Of a stretch of 64,000 nucleotides of DNA, positions 34,543-49,275 are shown piece after piece (the stretch's first letter is position 1; every line of letters starts with the position of its first letter). The stretch is from Hypanus sabinus. Lineage: Eukaryota. The notes under the pieces are model-generated. The model was not told the origin of the DNA, did no database searches, and saw only the letters and a program-made list of their open reading frames with translations. A program made the translations under genes and the position numbers. Location of the stretch: the NCBI RefSeq assembly GCF_030144855.1, contig NC_082713.1, forward strand, positions 56,978,001 to 57,042,000, read 5' to 3'.

Positions 34543-35966
34543 TTAAAGATAGGGTGATATTGCAATGTACCATTTCCTTTATAGCTCTGAGAATTTTCCA
34601 GCAATTACACTTTCTTACTGATTATTACAAGTTGATCTGGCCAAATCCCACTACATTACCATGCTGCTCTACAGAGAGATGTGTTTCTCCCGGTTCCACC
34701 CCCTTGCTTCCAATTCTCCACTCTAATTATGAATACAAGATTAAAGCAATTCCTTTTGAGTAATTACACTCTCCTAACTTAACCATACTTCCCAAGGAGA
34801 TCCACCCATCAGTTCAAAAGCCTAGATCTAGATCGACGTTTTGATTAGCACAGGGGCAAGTCTGACTTGGGCACATGATCTACAGTGACATGTTTAAGAG
34901 TGCAAATCAGTTACTCTTGGATGTGGCTTTAGAGGCCAAGACTCCTACATAAAGTATGGGATCGTGGTTATTCATTACTGTAGGGTTATTCCATATATAG
35001 CAAAAATATTTATTGAATCCTAGGCTTTACTACTTTGGTATTTGGGTTTTATGACCATGCTTTAGTTCTGAAGCATACACTTAACATAACTGAACTCATA
35101 TCCTAATATGCATTATGCTCAATAACAATCCAAGTGGTTGTTATTGAACACAGGCATATACAGCAATACTTAGAAATAATTTTCTACTCTTAAAGTACTT
35201 TTGAAAAATTCAAACCCTTTTTCTAATCAGATAGATTGCACGATATCACCATTTATGAGCTGACTTGGAGGGTGCAAACATTTGGTCAGTAATCAATCTC
35301 AGCATCAGCATTAACCAGTGAAAAACATTTGCTTGGAAGCCAAATGTTAATTGAGATGCCCCTCTGTGCTTTGCAACCAAGGTGCAATGTCCAAATATGG
35401 TAAAGTCATTCAAGAAAGAGAAATGCAAGCACCCATGGAATGCAAGGGTGGGGAGAGGAGAAAGGCTGTCTGAATTCCCTTGCTCTATCATCACAAAGGA
35501 ACTTCTGTGCATAGGTATATCAATGTGCACAAAAATCGGGCATTGTCTGATGTATCAACAATATCAAATTACTTAAGTTTATATGTGACACATAATGCAG
35601 TTCAAAGGAAAGCAGCCTCACAAGTATACTTCTGACTGTGTTCGGATACAAGAAAACAGAACATTTTTAATCTAACAACAAAGAGTCGTGAGTAGAGTGA
35701 GGCCTTGACATTTATAAATCACTTCAGTTTATATGTGCCATGACCTCCAGAAAACAGTCCCAGAAATTTCCTTCTGACCGTGTGGACGGAGGGGGGGGAG
35801 GGGGGGGGGGGGGGGGGGGAGGAGGAGGAAATTATTTTTGAAGAAATTCCTAATAACTGTTAATTTCCAGGTTGGATTGAGCAGCTATTTCCACAACGTG
35901 TCAGGAGCAACTAAAATACACACTTGTCTGCTACCCAGATGCTATAAACATCATGCACCCACTCAC

Positions 35967-36107
35967 CTGAAATGAACAGCATAACAGATATTGTTCTGTG
36001 ACAGTGTTTGTGAGCACCATTGCAAAGTGAGATCACAGCAAAGAGAAATGCAATGAGAGTGATTGATCCTCCAGCAAGTAGTAGCACCAGTGTAGCGATC
36101 TGCCAGT
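35967..36107 (-). CDS. TMEM47-like protein, coding exon 2
   Basis: CCAG|AC TGG...TCA G|GTGAGT; (D)WQIATLVLLLAGGSITLIAFLFAVISLCNGAHKHCHRTISVMLFIS. Confidence 0.95.
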
Positions 36108-37212
36108 CTGGATGAAGAAACAGAAGTTTTAGAAAAAGAGAGAACTCAAGGCATTTACAGGGACAATCTCATTACGGAGAAGGGAAGGATGGAATTGGGT
36201 TGCTTATTGGATGAGGGTGAGTGGATTGCAGTCCTCCTTCAGTTCACCCACAGTGAGCTGTGTTCCAAGATTAGGATGTATCACTGCATTTAACAATCCT
36301 TTATAAAAATATATTAAGCACTGCAGACATTTTAATTTTGTTTATCTCACATGCAAAACTAAGTTCTTCCACTGTATTGTGGTACATCACAATAATAAAC
36401 CAATTCTAAATCTAGATAATTGGCTTGAAGTTCCTCCAACGGAGAGGAATTTATCTCATAAACCACAATTCCAGATGCTGCTTCTGCTCTGTTCTGAATT
36501 TAAAATCCACTGGGATTGAGAAGCTTCTCTGATCAAAAACATCACATTGTTTTCCCCCATAGAAGAATACTCGCTCGTAGTTGATGTCCGGAAATTCGCT
36601 TGGAATCTCTTTTGTTGAATATGGAGTTGAATAAATAACTCAATATTTCCTAAGATGCTCATACACAGAAAGCTTCTATAGGATTGTCAGTATCTCTAAT
36701 AAGCAATGCCAAAGAGCAGCAGGTCCTGAGTCAACTTTATAGGGATCATATAATCAAAAATTTATAGGCTGAATGTTATGATTTATTGTCTACATTTATA
36801 AATGACCATACTCATCATTCATGCCTCAGCATTCTGCACCAGAAAACCAAGGAGCTCAGGATCAGGTCCTGTGCACCTGACTGTCTACTCAGCCACTGAA
36901 TTCACCAGGCCATTCAGCGGAAGAACAGCAATTCCCTGCAGATAGCCCAGGTACACGTTGCATCCAGCCCTGACTGGCATAGGATCTACATCCCTCATCA
37001 GCTGAATGGTGTGGCTGACTGCAGGAAATGCAAATATTTGAACTGCTTTAATTATTTAAATCCAGATTTTGATACCCTAGGTTTTCTTGTATCTTATTCA
37101 CTGGATGCCAATGGGGACATAGGGCTGAAGAAAATGTAGGACTATGGTAATGAATCTGTGCAATGAGCCGGGTCTCAATACAGTTCAAAAGAGTTCCATA
37201 TTAATCACCTGG

Positions 37213-38147
37213 GAGAGGGGACTGGGTGTACTGTATCTAAGTTTGCAGATGATATTAAATTGAGTGGAAAAGCAAATTGTGCAAAAGATACGAAGAATCT
37301 TCAGAGAGATATAGATGGGTTAAGTGAGTGGACAAGGGTCTGGCAGATGGAGTACAATGTTGGTAAATGCAAACTCATCCACTTTGGAAGAAAAGTGTAA
37401 GAGCAGTTTATTATTTAAATGGTAAAATATGCAGCCGTGCAGAGGAACTTGGGAGTGCTTGTGTACAAATCACAAAAGGTTGGTTTGTAGATGCAGCAGG
37501 CCATCAAGAAGGCAAATGGAATGTTGGCCTTCATTGCTAGAGGGATTGAATTTAAGAGCAGGGAGGTTTTGCTGCAACTGTACAGGGTACTGGTGAGGCC
37601 ACATCTGGAGCACTGTGCGCAGTTCAGGTCGTTTTTACTTGAGGAAGGATATACTAATTTAGGAGGTGGTGCAGAGGAAGTTCACCAGGTTGATTCCTGG
37701 TGATGAGGCTGTTATACTATGAGGAGAAATTGAGTAACCTGGGACTATACTCGCTGGAATTCAGAAGAATGAGAGGAGATCTTATAGGAACATAAAATTA
37801 TGAAAGGGATAGATAGAGGCAGGAAAGTTGTTTCCACTGGTGGGTGAGACTAGAACTAGGGGACATAGCCTCAAGTTTCGGGGGAGTAGATTTGAGATGG
37901 AGATGAGGAGGAACTACTTTTCCCCAGAGAGTGGTGAATCTCTGCCAAATGAAGCAGTGGAGGTTACCTCAGTAAATATATTTAAGACAAGGTTAGGTAG
38001 ATTTTTGCATAGTAGGGGAATTATGGGGAAAAGGCAGGTAGGTGGAGATGAGTCCATGGTCAGATCAGCCATGATCTTATTGAATGGTGGAGCAGGCTTG
38101 ATGGGCCAGATGGCCGACTCCTGTTCCAATTTCTTGTGTTCTTATGT
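37213..38147 (+). mobile_element. CR1 LINE, 5'-truncated
   Basis: SKFADDIKL, KKANGMLAFIARGIEFKSREVLLQLYRVLVRPHLE, TRTRGHSLK; CTTGTGTTCTTATG tail. Confidence 0.92.
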
Positions 38148-39539
38148 TAATCCCTTTTGGCTGCAAGTCAAAAAGCGGGTTTACTTCGAATTGTAGGGAA
38201 TCAGAAAATAAAGTAGCTAAACCAAGAAGAACTATTTCACTGTTCCAAGTTATTTTGCCTTTGTACATATTTCAAGTTCAGAATAAAGCTGACATCCAGA
38301 CCCCACACCTCCTCTATTACTAATTAACATCATGGATGTCAAACTCACCTCAGCACCATGTTTCTCTACAAACACCACATGCCTTGATTCCTTCAGCAAT
38401 CAAAAATTTATCAAAATTTAAAAATAAATACAAATAGTAAATACTGGAACTATGGGAAGAGAAAGAATTAATGTTTCAAGCCAAAGGCACTGGGTCAGTT
38501 CTGCGCTCTTTTTGGCAAAGAATCCAAAGATTCGCTGATCTCTGACATCATCTGGCAATTAACCATTACCAATTGATTATAACTCAAGTGAGCCAGGAAA
38601 CTATTTTAGGATTATCAGCGTTGGCAGTGTCAAGTTATATTGCACTGCAGCTGTGACATAGCCTTGGATTTCCCTTGCAAACAACAATTTTCCTCTCCTA
38701 CCTCAAGTGCACCAAATCATTATCTGATAATTCCAATTCATCCTCACAATCTAGCATGTCACCCTTATGGCGAATTAACTAGCCTGAGGGGAGAAAAGCA
38801 CTGGCTGCGGATGTGGTGGCGGAAGAAGAAAAATAGCTGAGCCAGGCACACTTCCACCAGCATTAACCGGAACTGGGGGAAAAATATGGGGTTGAGATCC
38901 CAAAAGAAAAATGTGGCAGATTTTGGACGTCTGAAATAAAGGCAAGAAAATGCCAGAATTTCTCAGCCAGTAACTACGCAGAATCGGTTGATGTTTCAGG
39001 TCAGTGATTTTTCACCAGGATTCCTGGTTGCTTTTTCCATCCTGTGCAAACAGGAGGCATTTGGGGAGGGGTGGGGGAGAAGAGGGGGAGAAAGTGCTAC
39101 TTTCCATTATCTACTCTGGATGAAAACATCAAGCTCGCCTTAGCCAGGGAATTTGTTGGTTTGCACTGTGCAACCTGGAGAGTTCCTGATAGTGGCACGG
39201 GGAAGTGAAATTAGCCTTGACTTTCTGTTGTATCTTATTTACTAATTCCCCAACTCTGATTTCCATTATTCAAGAAATTCTCCAAGGTTATAAGTTTACC
39301 AAAAAACAAAATGGCTGTGATTATTATACACTGATCAGAACTGAGTTCAAAGCTCCTTTGTAGGATTAGTACTTCTGAAATCTGGGGCAGACTGCACTGT
39401 TCACGTTTGACACAACAGGACTGAGCAGTTCTAATTATCACCTCAATGATTGGGATATTGGCCTGGGAGACGTCACTGTTGTTGGCTTGCTTGTCCTTTC
39501 AATGGATTTGAAGGTTTTGTGCACTATTTTCGGGTATCA

Positions 39540-39935
39540 TTCTATTCCCTTGAAATGTCTGTTATAGGTCATCCAAGATGTAGAAGCGTTTAGGAGGGCA
39601 GGGGGCATTACCATCTAATACCCACTATGTCAGAGACCTTGATCTTCAATCCCTCTTTTCCTCAGCTGTGCTCCAGATATTGATCCACTTGCTCGGTGAA
39701 GTACATGGCGAGAGGCCATACTCCCAACATCCCCTTGATCAATATGCTCCTACTGTACTATACCACCCTCTGATAATAATTTAGCAGCTAGACGCTGGAA
39801 TACAAGAATGGTGACCATTACCTTGTAGCTAACTCTCAGCAAAGAAACATCGATGAAAGAATTCCTGATCGCCTCCAGTATGCTTGCACAGCCCAACAGA
39901 GAAAAAGGGCGTTTGAAGATCAAGGTCTGCACAAA
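39540..39935 (-). mobile_element. Old non-LTR (RTE-like) fragment
   Basis: Decayed VQTLIFKRP...RVSYKVMVT RT-associated remnant; family assignment uncertain. Confidence 0.35.
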
Positions 39936-40944
39936 AGATGCTGGGATTCTAGCCCACCCTGTAATCCTTGGCAAAGAACACTGCTAAATCACTGGGAGAG
40001 TTGCCCAAATATCTGTTTAAACCTCTGCTTGAGCCAGCTTAGTGTGCTGATAACGACAACTATATGGCATAAAAAAATGATACTCTTACAGTGAAAGGAG
40101 TTGCCAAATTCAAATCACACTTAATTTGCTATTTTAGTTTTTGAAGTAGTAGTACCTTCTCTTCATCAAGAGGATTACCCATTTTCCCCATTCTTCTCTG
40201 CCCCCAAACCACTGCACAAAACAGGAACGATGTCTCTCAGTTTGCTGTTGCAGACTGAATAATTACTCCAAAAATAAATACTGATTACAATCCTAATCTT
40301 AGAGATCTTAAGTAGAGTTTTCATTCAAAATCCTGAAAAAGAAAATATACCCATTTCAGGGGTGCAATTTTAGTTTTCCAGCATGTGTCCCTAAATTTCT
40401 GGCTCTCTTCTCTTTGTGCCCTAATAAAATTTAGGATAGGCATCATGAGAATGACTCCATATCTTTGAATCCTGCACAAATTAAATTGATGTTTGAACGC
40501 CAGAAATTTTATTTACAGAATTAATTGTGCAAACTCTCATAATGACTGTGGGGTTGAATTACCGAAAAATTAAACAGATGTACAGAAACAGATGCAACTA
40601 CTGGCCAGCCCTGGGGTTTCTACAACTGCTATGTTGGGGTATTTGGAATTTGCAGCTGTTTGGAATGGAAGTGAAGGGCACCATGGAAACGATTTAGCTA
40701 ATAACATACTCTTAAGGCTAAACAAACACTTCGTAATTCAACCCAAGTGAAGGCAAAGTTACAACAGCTGTCTACACAGTCTACCGTCCTTCTACCGAGT
40801 TACACTGCCTGTTGAGTCAACAGATAATTGCCGGTCAGTGTGCTGCAATTCACAAGACTTTAGGAAGGGGAGAAATTTGCAAAGTTGCTGCTGACTATGC
40901 AGTGAGACTCATCTATCCCAGAAATAAAAGAGTGACCATTTTAC

Positions 40945-41350
40945 CCAGCTATGCATCCCTTAATTTGTTTAAAATATCTACATGGAAACCCTTCATCCTC
41001 CTTCGCTCCAGGGGAAACAGTCCCAGCCTATCTAGTTTCTCCATACAACTCAGGCCTTCCAGTCCTGGCAACATTCCTGCGAATGTTTCCTTCACCCTAT
41101 CTTGCTTAATTGCATCCTTCCCATAGCATGGCCACCAAAACATCACATATATACTAGACATAACCTATAATCTGTACAACTGTTCATAGGACATCCTAAC
41201 TCCTGCTAAAATGGCTCAGCTGATGAAAGAAAGCATACCGTAAACCATTCTTACCACTCAGTCGCCTGGGTTGCCACTTTCAAGAAACTATCTATTGTAC
41301 CAAAAGGTCTCATTATTCAATAACACTCTCTATGGCCCTACCAATCATTG
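40945..41350 (-). mobile_element. Old CR1 fragment
   Basis: MLPGLEGLSCMEKLDRLGLFPLERRRMKG. Confidence 0.8.
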
Positions 41351-42384
41351 TTAGATTGCTAACAATTATTATTTACTATGCCTTAATGAATGATCGCAAA
41401 AGTCACTTCACATTAGAAAGATTGGATTAGTTATGGTTAGTTGGGTCATTTCAAAGTCAGAAGGTTGTGTGGGGTGGGGGGGCTCAAGTAATACTGTAGA
41501 GACTTGAGCTCAGAACACTAGCATAACACAGAGAGTTCTGCATTTAAGCTGAAGAAATAATTTTTGATGTTAAATCTAGACCTTGTCCAATCTCTCAAGA
41601 TGGATATAAAAGATCTGGTTGGCGTGTTTTGAAAGAAAGTAGAAGTTATAGAGTTGACATGATGCTACCACATCACTTTATGTGGGTACTTGCTGTTCCC
41701 TACATCACATCAGCAATTCTACTACAGCCAATGGAATATATCTGAAATGTGCTCAGGCATGACAAGTGGCAGCAAAGGATAAAATCTGAATGCAAATCTC
41801 TCTTGGATCTCCTTACAGAATTAATTCGCCTCCACTCCTTTTCTTCACAGAAAGGCTCTAATGACAAATGTTCTTGATTACCACCAGATTCTCAAGCTTT
41901 ATGACACAACCAAACTCCATAGCCAGAATGAAATAAAATAAGTCTAAATGTAACTTATTATTGAACATCCTGCCTATTTCTCCCATCTGTAATCAAGGTC
42001 AGGGAATAGTGCCACAGCTCTTTCTTCAGAGAATAACCTTATGGCACAGTGATCAGAGGACTGACAGTCTAGCAGCAATTTTTGAGGAGAGATTTTCCTT
42101 TTATTGATCATTTCCACCATTGATGTGTCACAGCTTATTCTCTGGGGATCTCCCATCAATGAAGAGCTTCTCCCTTTGAATCATAATAGGACAGACAGTT
42201 TTCTGAGTGGCTACCATACCTACAAGTAAAGCCCAAAGCTTGATTTCAGCTTGCTGTTAACATCTTTCTCTGGCAAGGGGGCTGCATTGTTATTAATGCC
42301 CAAGGGTTAAGTAGTGAGAGGAATTAAAACACACCAGGGTCCCAAGACCTAATTGCTATGTCATGTCACTATCAGATATCAACT

Positions 42385-42720
42385 ATATTGTTATTTTACT
42401 ATATACATTATATAACGTATATAATCGTAATGTATATAGAAATGAGACGGTTTTCTGAACCACAGCACCGGAGTACACATAACACACAATAACTTATGAA
42501 GGCAAGGATAAAATCTACAGATGAATCACACATAAATAACAAACTAAAGTGCACAAATTAAATACTGTAAGGATTAACCAGTGACACTTTGAATGTGGCA
42601 GGGAGTTCAGAAGCCTAATGGCCCAAGAGAAGAAACACTTTCCCCCCATCCTGACCATTCTCGTTCTTTATGCATTGAGGTCTCCTCCCTGATGGTAGAA
42701 AGTCAAAGAGGATGCTGGAT
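42385..42720 (-). mobile_element. Rex1/Babar 3' fragment
   Basis: GGGAGTTCAGAAGCCTAATGGC...CTCCCTGATGGTAG reverse-strand Rex1 3' end. Confidence 0.65.
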
Positions 42721-45569
42721 ACAAGGGTGGGATAATCCTTTGCATGAACAATGGATAAGATTAGAACCATCTTCAACTGCAATGCTCCTAAAAGTTACAA
42801 TACAAATTGAGAGCATCCAGTTCTTCAGGTCAATGCTGGTTGAAGGATAACAGATTAATAATCCCTCTTCCCAAATTTCAACCTGTAAATTTAGAGTACT
42901 GTTAAAATGCAAAAACAAATTTTGTCTGCTCTAAACCCCTCAGATGGAAAGATAGCCCCACCCCGTAGAGGAAAATATCCTTAACATTCCACAGAGGAAA
43001 TTAGCTTATATTGATACCTTTTATCTATTTAATTAATTCAAAGGAGGTTTAGCATCATTGGGAGTGTATTTATTGTCCTTGTCAAGTTGCTCTTAAACAG
43101 CAAAAAGAAATCAAATTCTTACAAGTAAGAGGTGGTCAGACAGCAACTGTTGGGAGTGAAACAGAATTATTTCAGGAGATTAAAGGTGCCAGTAGACCTG
43201 CTGAATGTTTCTACCTTTTCCTGTTTTTATTTCAAATTTCCAGCATCTGCAGTATTTTGCTTTTAGATTATTGTTCAAGTTGACCAGCTTGCTTGACCAT
43301 TTCAGAAAGCATCTCAGTGTCAACTGAGACAGGGTTATTGCCTACTCTGAAGGACACCACTAAAGTGGATGTGTTTGTAATGACGATCCGGTTGCTTCAA
43401 AATCATTACTGCAGTTAACTTTTCCAACATATTTTATTTATTTAATTCAAAAAGAAAGGGATTCAAACATATTTTGTGCATCATAACCTGGCCTTTCAAT
43501 ATTGGTTTAGCAAATGTGCGATTGTAACTAATACTTTATCCTGTTTACCCAGCTAAACAGAATGAAAAGACTCCTCAAAGCCTTTCAGTTAAATACTGTG
43601 TGAATTTCCCCTCTGCATTCTTCACTGAAAAACTTACTTTAGCTAATCTGTCCAGCCCTTGTAATATCCTTGTTCTACACATCTTCATTGACAGTTTTCA
43701 GATCTGCATCCACTGGCCCAACTAGTGTTTTTAATACAGTTTTAACACTGCCTTCTTTTATATTCTGTGCCAGAACTAACACACAAAGGTACACTATATC
43801 CCTTCTCAACTATATTAAGGTACTGGTGGAAATGTATTCCAGAACCCCTTTGTCCCTTTGTATGCAAAACTGGGCATGAACAGAATTGTTTGTGAACAAA
43901 CAATGGAAGTTAGATTAGGTACCACACAGAACCTGGGTAATGCTAAATCATAGCTCAACATGCTTATGAAAAGGAGAGGGTGACAAATGGAATGAAAACT
44001 AAGTAAACTGTTCTTTCACAATCATAGGGCATCCCAAAGTAATTATGCTATTTTTGTAATTGCCAAGGTAGCGCAGTCAATATGTTCACACCAAACTTCA
44101 ACACTGTGATAATAACCAGATAATCTGTTTTGTCTGACGTTGACTGAAGGATAATATTGGTTACTGCACAATAGATAATTCCTCGCTCTTCTTCGAAATA
44201 GCTCCATGGCGTTTTATCAGTCCGAGAGAGTGCATGAATCACTGACACAAAATCACCAGAAAGATGTCACTTCTGGCAATAAGAGACTCCTTCAGTTTGA
44301 GCCTAGATTCGTGCTTGGGTTCTGGAACAATGATGGAATCTAGAATCTAACAGAGGCACAAATGCTATCAAATAAGCCATAAGGGGGAGAAAAGCCCATA
44401 GATTCTCATATTCATTGTGGATTAAATGTAAAACAAAAACATTTCAGTGACAGACAGATACTCTCTGAAAATTTTTGTCATCCAATTTGAACCGCAAAGG
44501 AAATCCAACAATTAAACTCATACATTTTGTCACAAGACTAGGTGGGATCTGTTACTTTGGTGTATTGGGTAAATTTAATGGTGGTCAGCTTTCAGTATAT
44601 CACACAAAAGTCTGCTGTCACACTTTGCACTGGACTTCAACATTCTATGCTACCATTAACCTCCCAAATATACTTAAGTGTCAGAATCAAATGACCACCA
44701 TAAGAGCAATTACAAACCAAAACTGTTTTAGAACGTACAACAGTAGTGTACAGCACAGGCCATTCGGCCCACCATGCGCTGCCGACCCTTTAGCCTACTC
44801 CAAGATTATTAATCTAGCCCTTCCCGTCCACAAAGCCCTCAATTTTTATAATTAATGCTTCAGACTATATTATCATAGTTAATGCACGTTAGTGTTAATC
44901 AATAGCAACTATTTCTTTCAAAAGCATATTTCAAAACCGCAGATCGCACTCCTCTTAAATAGACAAATTTATCTGAGTGTTAGCCCCTTTTCTTAAAGGT
45001 GATTAGTCGTACCAACATTTCGATCTTCTCTACCAAAATTATGTTTTCCTTCAGTTTTGCGGCCAGTAAAAAGTTCCAACCAGTAAAGCACAGTTCCAGC
45101 GCCCAAGTTTCCCACTCGGCAAAAGCACTGGTCTCCGAAGCAGCTTTTATTTGTGTTGGTTTCCTTCCCTGTAGACTCACTTTACCCGCACTTTATTTCG
45201 ACTTCTGTCGCTCACCTCCCCCCAAAACAAATCTCTGAACCTTTGTTAGGTAGAACTCGTATAGCAAGGAGAAACTTTCCCCACAGTGAACACCTTCCAA
45301 CGACCCTCTTCACAAACAGGACCAAAACTTTAAAAAAAAGTTACAGATGAACCGGAAGGTGGCTCAAAGCAGCGGTGAGAGATCTTAGCCCCTAAAGTTT
45401 CTCCAATAAAACAGGCGTGATGGTGGGCGAGGGAAGGACTGGGGAGGTGAGGGGAGCTTCAGTCGTCAGCTAGCAAAAGTAAACAAGAAAAAAAAGGAAT
45501 GGTTTCTAAGTTGAGCTGAAATGTGTTTTTAATGAGGTGAGGAAATTGCGCGTTAATTGTAAGTCCTAC

Positions 45570-45765
45570 CTGTGTGGAGTACAGACTCGCAGTACCATCC
45601 AGCCATGGTTTGTTTGCAGTCATCCCAGAGCGAAAGCGAGGACCGCTGGGCAGTGACCCAGGCTGGACTCAGCAAAGAGACCACGTCCAGGCTCAACGCG
45701 ACAAAGACACAAATCAGGGCGATCAACTTAAAGGGGCGAACTACGCGCACTTCATCCACAGCCAT
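45570..45765 (-). CDS. TMEM47-like protein (PMP22/claudin family), coding exon 1
   Basis: ATCATGGCT start; MAVDEVRVVRPFKLIALICVFVALSLDVVSLLSPAWVTAQRSSLSLWDDCKQTMAGWYCESVLHT; G|GTAGGA donor; W-SLW-C-C claudin-type motif; phases join to 172 aa; CpG-rich surroundings. Confidence 0.95.
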
Positions 45766-46427
45766 GATCTACCGCAAGTGTTTTCCTCGGCACGAAAGGA
45801 TAGACGTTGAGCTTCTCCTTCGCCAGCCCAGCGAACCGCAGGAGGCTGTCCTTCTGCAAGTGATTAGCCGAGCCTTCTACCCACAGCATCGTAATGCCTT
45901 CACTAACTGCTGCGTGCTCATCCAGCAAATTGAAGCGATTCCTCGGACGCGTTTTCGGACTGCCTACAATTTATCATCTCAAGGGTCTTTGCAAAACAAT
46001 CAACGAGGCAAACAGTTTTTTTTAAAAAAAAATCACTCTGGTTTAGCTGCCGCGCCAGGGCTCAGGCAATTCATTTGTTCCCAAGCAATCAAGTTTAATA
46101 CATAGAATGGCTACAGTATATTCCTCTTGCTAAGCCTCTGTAAGAATTTGGTTAGTGTATCCCGTGGTCTTGAAAATTCTTTTCTTTCAAATATTTGTTC
46201 CCCTTTTGGACGGTAATATTGAATCTGCCTCCACTGGCAAATCTCACAATGCATTCCAGAACCGATCCAGCAGTTCAATAAAAATACTTCTCATTCACTT
46301 TCAAAGTCCACTCCTGCTAAAGGGATCCTCAATGTTACTATCACATCTTCTGGCACCTTCCTTTCCCAAAAAGAACAAGTTGTTTGTCCAATCGTGCCTG
46401 AACCAGGCGCTGAATCTTTTGAAGGCG

Positions 46428-47105
46428 GAATAGAATATTAATATTAAGACTCTTGGCAGTGTGGAGGATCAACGATATCTTGTCCATAGGACACTCAAAG
46501 CTGCTGTGCAAGTTGACAAGTGTTGGTGCATTGGCCTTCATCAACTGTGGGATTGAGGTAATGTTGCAGCTATATAGGACCTTAGTTAGATCCCACTTGG
46601 AGCACTGTGTTCAGTTTTGTTTACCTCATTACAGGAAGGATGTGGATATTATAGAAAGAATGCTGGGGAGATTTACAAGGAAGTTGCCTGGATTGGAGAG
46701 CATGCCTTTTGAGAATAGGTTGAGTGAAATTGGCCTCTTCTCCTGGGAGTTACGGAAGACGAGAGGAGACCTGATAGAGGTGTATAAGATGATGAGAGGA
46801 ATTGATCATGTGGATAGCCAGAGGCTTTTTCCCAGGGCCGAAATGGCTAACATGAGGGGGTTTAAAGGGGCTTGGAAGTAGGTACAAAGGGGATGTCAGA
46901 AGTGAATTTTTCACACAGAGAGTGGTGGGTCCGTGGAATGCACAGCCAGCGGAGGTGGCAGAGACAGGTACAAGAGACTCTTAGACAGGTACATGGAGCT
47001 TAGAAAAATAGAGGGCAATGTGGTATGGAAATTCTGGGCAGTTTCCAGAATAGTTAATGGTTTGCGCAACCTTGTAGGCTGAAGGGCCTGTAATGTGCTG
47101 AAGAT
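46428..47105 (+). mobile_element. CR1 LINE 3' fragment
   Basis: LQLYRTLVRSHLEHCVQF...GDLIEVYKMMRGID. Confidence 0.9.
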
Positions 47106-47721
47106 TAACTTGATGATAAAGATTCATCAAGTCTTCCTTGCTCTATTTATGAAGGTCAGGTATCTGTATTTTAACACCTTTCTCAACTTGGCTTGCTACT
47201 TTCAATAGACCATACATTAACCAGCAGAACTTTCTATTCTTATACCCTTTCAGAAATGCCCCATGTTGCTTTTCTGATTCTTTCTAATGAAGTGTAAAGA
47301 TTTTCCATTCACAGCATTACTTTTTCAAATCCCATAAATGTCTAACTTCCTGGCTTAATCCTGTCTCCTAACACTTCTGCCTTGTGTCATCTGCCAACTC
47401 TATTTCCTGTTTTTCATTGTACTGTGGCCTTCTGTTTGCTCTGCAAACCTTCTGTTTCTTTCTCATCTGTTTGCTCATGCAATTTTAATCCATTGTCAAA
47501 GGCCACCATATTCCTGCAATAACAATCAAATTTGTATAATATCACTCTTGTAACATTCAAAAGCAATGGTCAAAGAAGGTGACAGGTGGGACAGTGTCAG
47601 TATCTGCGAAAAGCCTCCTTAACCAAGCCCAGGAGCAGCATTACAAGGTAGTCTTCTGACTTGTGTTCTCCTCTCTGGTGTCCAAGTATGAATGAAACTG
47701 ACGGCAAGGGAGTGAAATTAC

Positions 47722-47960
47722 AGAATCGGAAATCAGGTTTGTTATCACTGACATTTGTCATGAAACTTGTTGTTTAGTGGCAATTGTGTCATAAAACATA
47801 CTATGATTTACAATATTAATAAATGGTGCAAAAGACAAATAACAAAGTAATTTAATGGGTACATGGACCATTCAGAAATCTGATGGTGGAATGGAATAAA
47901 CTGTTCCTAAAACACTGAGTGTGAGTCTTCAGGCTCCTATACCTCCACTGTGATAGACTA
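47722..47960 (-). mobile_element. Rex1/Babar 3' tail
   Basis: AGAATCGGAAATCAGGTTTGTTATCACTGACA... similar to 13205. Confidence 0.65.
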
Positions 47961-47979
47961 TGAGCCCTGACATCATCAT

Positions 47980-49275
47980 GACTTTGATGCTATGCTCCAC
48001 AGCTATCAATGCCTCTGGTCAATCTGTTACACGACTCAAAGTAAAGAACTGATCCAGGAATTTCCTGTCTGTTTAGTGCAATGCAAGCCCAGCCAGACCC
48101 ATTCCCACACCATCAGTCTCCTGTCAATAATCAGCTAAGTGATGGAGGCTGTTGTCAAACATCAATAAGCTGCGTGTTGATGTACACTAGGGGTTCTACC
48201 ATACCATGAACATTCACTTCCAGCTTCACTAAAATCACGGCCCATAAATGACTCTCAGGCTGTCATTGACCAGTTTTGCATGAAGGAGGCATGGAAAGGA
48301 AAATAGATGTGGTTGTTTTGGGGGGGGGGGGTTAATCATCCCAGTCCCAGGACATCAGGGCAGGATTTCTTCAGTGTAGTGTCATTGGTCCAACAATCTT
48401 CAGTCGCTTGAATGAGCCTTCCTCCATCAGGTCAGAAATATGAATGTTGATTGATTACACGATGTTCAGTTCCACTCACAATTTATAGAAAGTGAGGCAA
48501 TTCCCCCTCTGTTTGAGGAATGCACGTGTGGAGAAGCGGCAAGCAAACTAATCTCATTCATCGTCCTAAGAAGGACTGTCTTAACAAAGTTCAGTTAGCT
48601 CCTCTAGACATTAGCATCAGAAAGCCTCAGCACATGCATCCATTTCTGGAACTTGGTGGATCATTTGACAACTGAGAAGGCCAGCAACAATGAAGACATC
48701 TGAAAATCATGGTACAACCTGTGACTGTGGCAAGTGGCAACCATGCAATATCACTTGGTGCACATCGCCATGACAAACTGGGGAGGTGCGTTATATTCAT
48801 CAATGGAAAAAGTATGCCTTTGATGGATAGGAAGAAGGACACCCACGGAATTTCCATTGGCCAGAAGCTTAATGGAAATGTAGACATAAATACATGGGCT
48901 ACAACACAGAGACCAGAAGCTGTGTTGAGTGGCCCACCTGCTAACATACCAGGCACTTTCCACCATCCCTATAAGGCATGTTAGGAATGTGAAGATATAC
49001 TTTCTACTTGCCTGCATGAGTTCATCTCCAAAATTACCAGGGAAGCTCAACAACGTAGCCCACTTGAGCTTTCTTTGCCTCTACCACTGAACTGCGGTGT
49101 AGACCAGCTACAAAATTCAAAGCAGAAACTTGCACAGCCTCATGAATAGCACTTCCCATATTTAGATCCTGCATCACGTACAAGGACAAGTGCAGTACTT
49201 CCACAAAAGCATTACTAATTGCAAGCTCCTCTCCAAATCTGACTGGGCTAAATCAAAACCCTTGAATTCCCCGAG
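47980..49275 (+). mobile_element. Old CR1/L2-group LINE fragments
   Basis: Decayed RT remnants (GxxQxSVIGPTIF, DKWQ-like, YKAC) with many indels. Confidence 0.5.

Noticed and set aside
35788-35828. Long G-run as a functional G-quadruplex (also 15178-15200)
   Set aside because: Simple homopolymer, poly-C on the transcribed strand at 35788, length unreliable in assemblies; no supporting evidence.
45572-46105. 177-aa plus-strand ORF overlapping TMEM47-like exon 1
   Set aside because: GTG start, antisense to a real exon in a GC-rich island, no recognisable domain.
47108-47132. Small hairpin ACTTGATGA-7nt-TCATCAAGT
   Set aside because: A 9-bp stem is compatible with chance in 64 kb.
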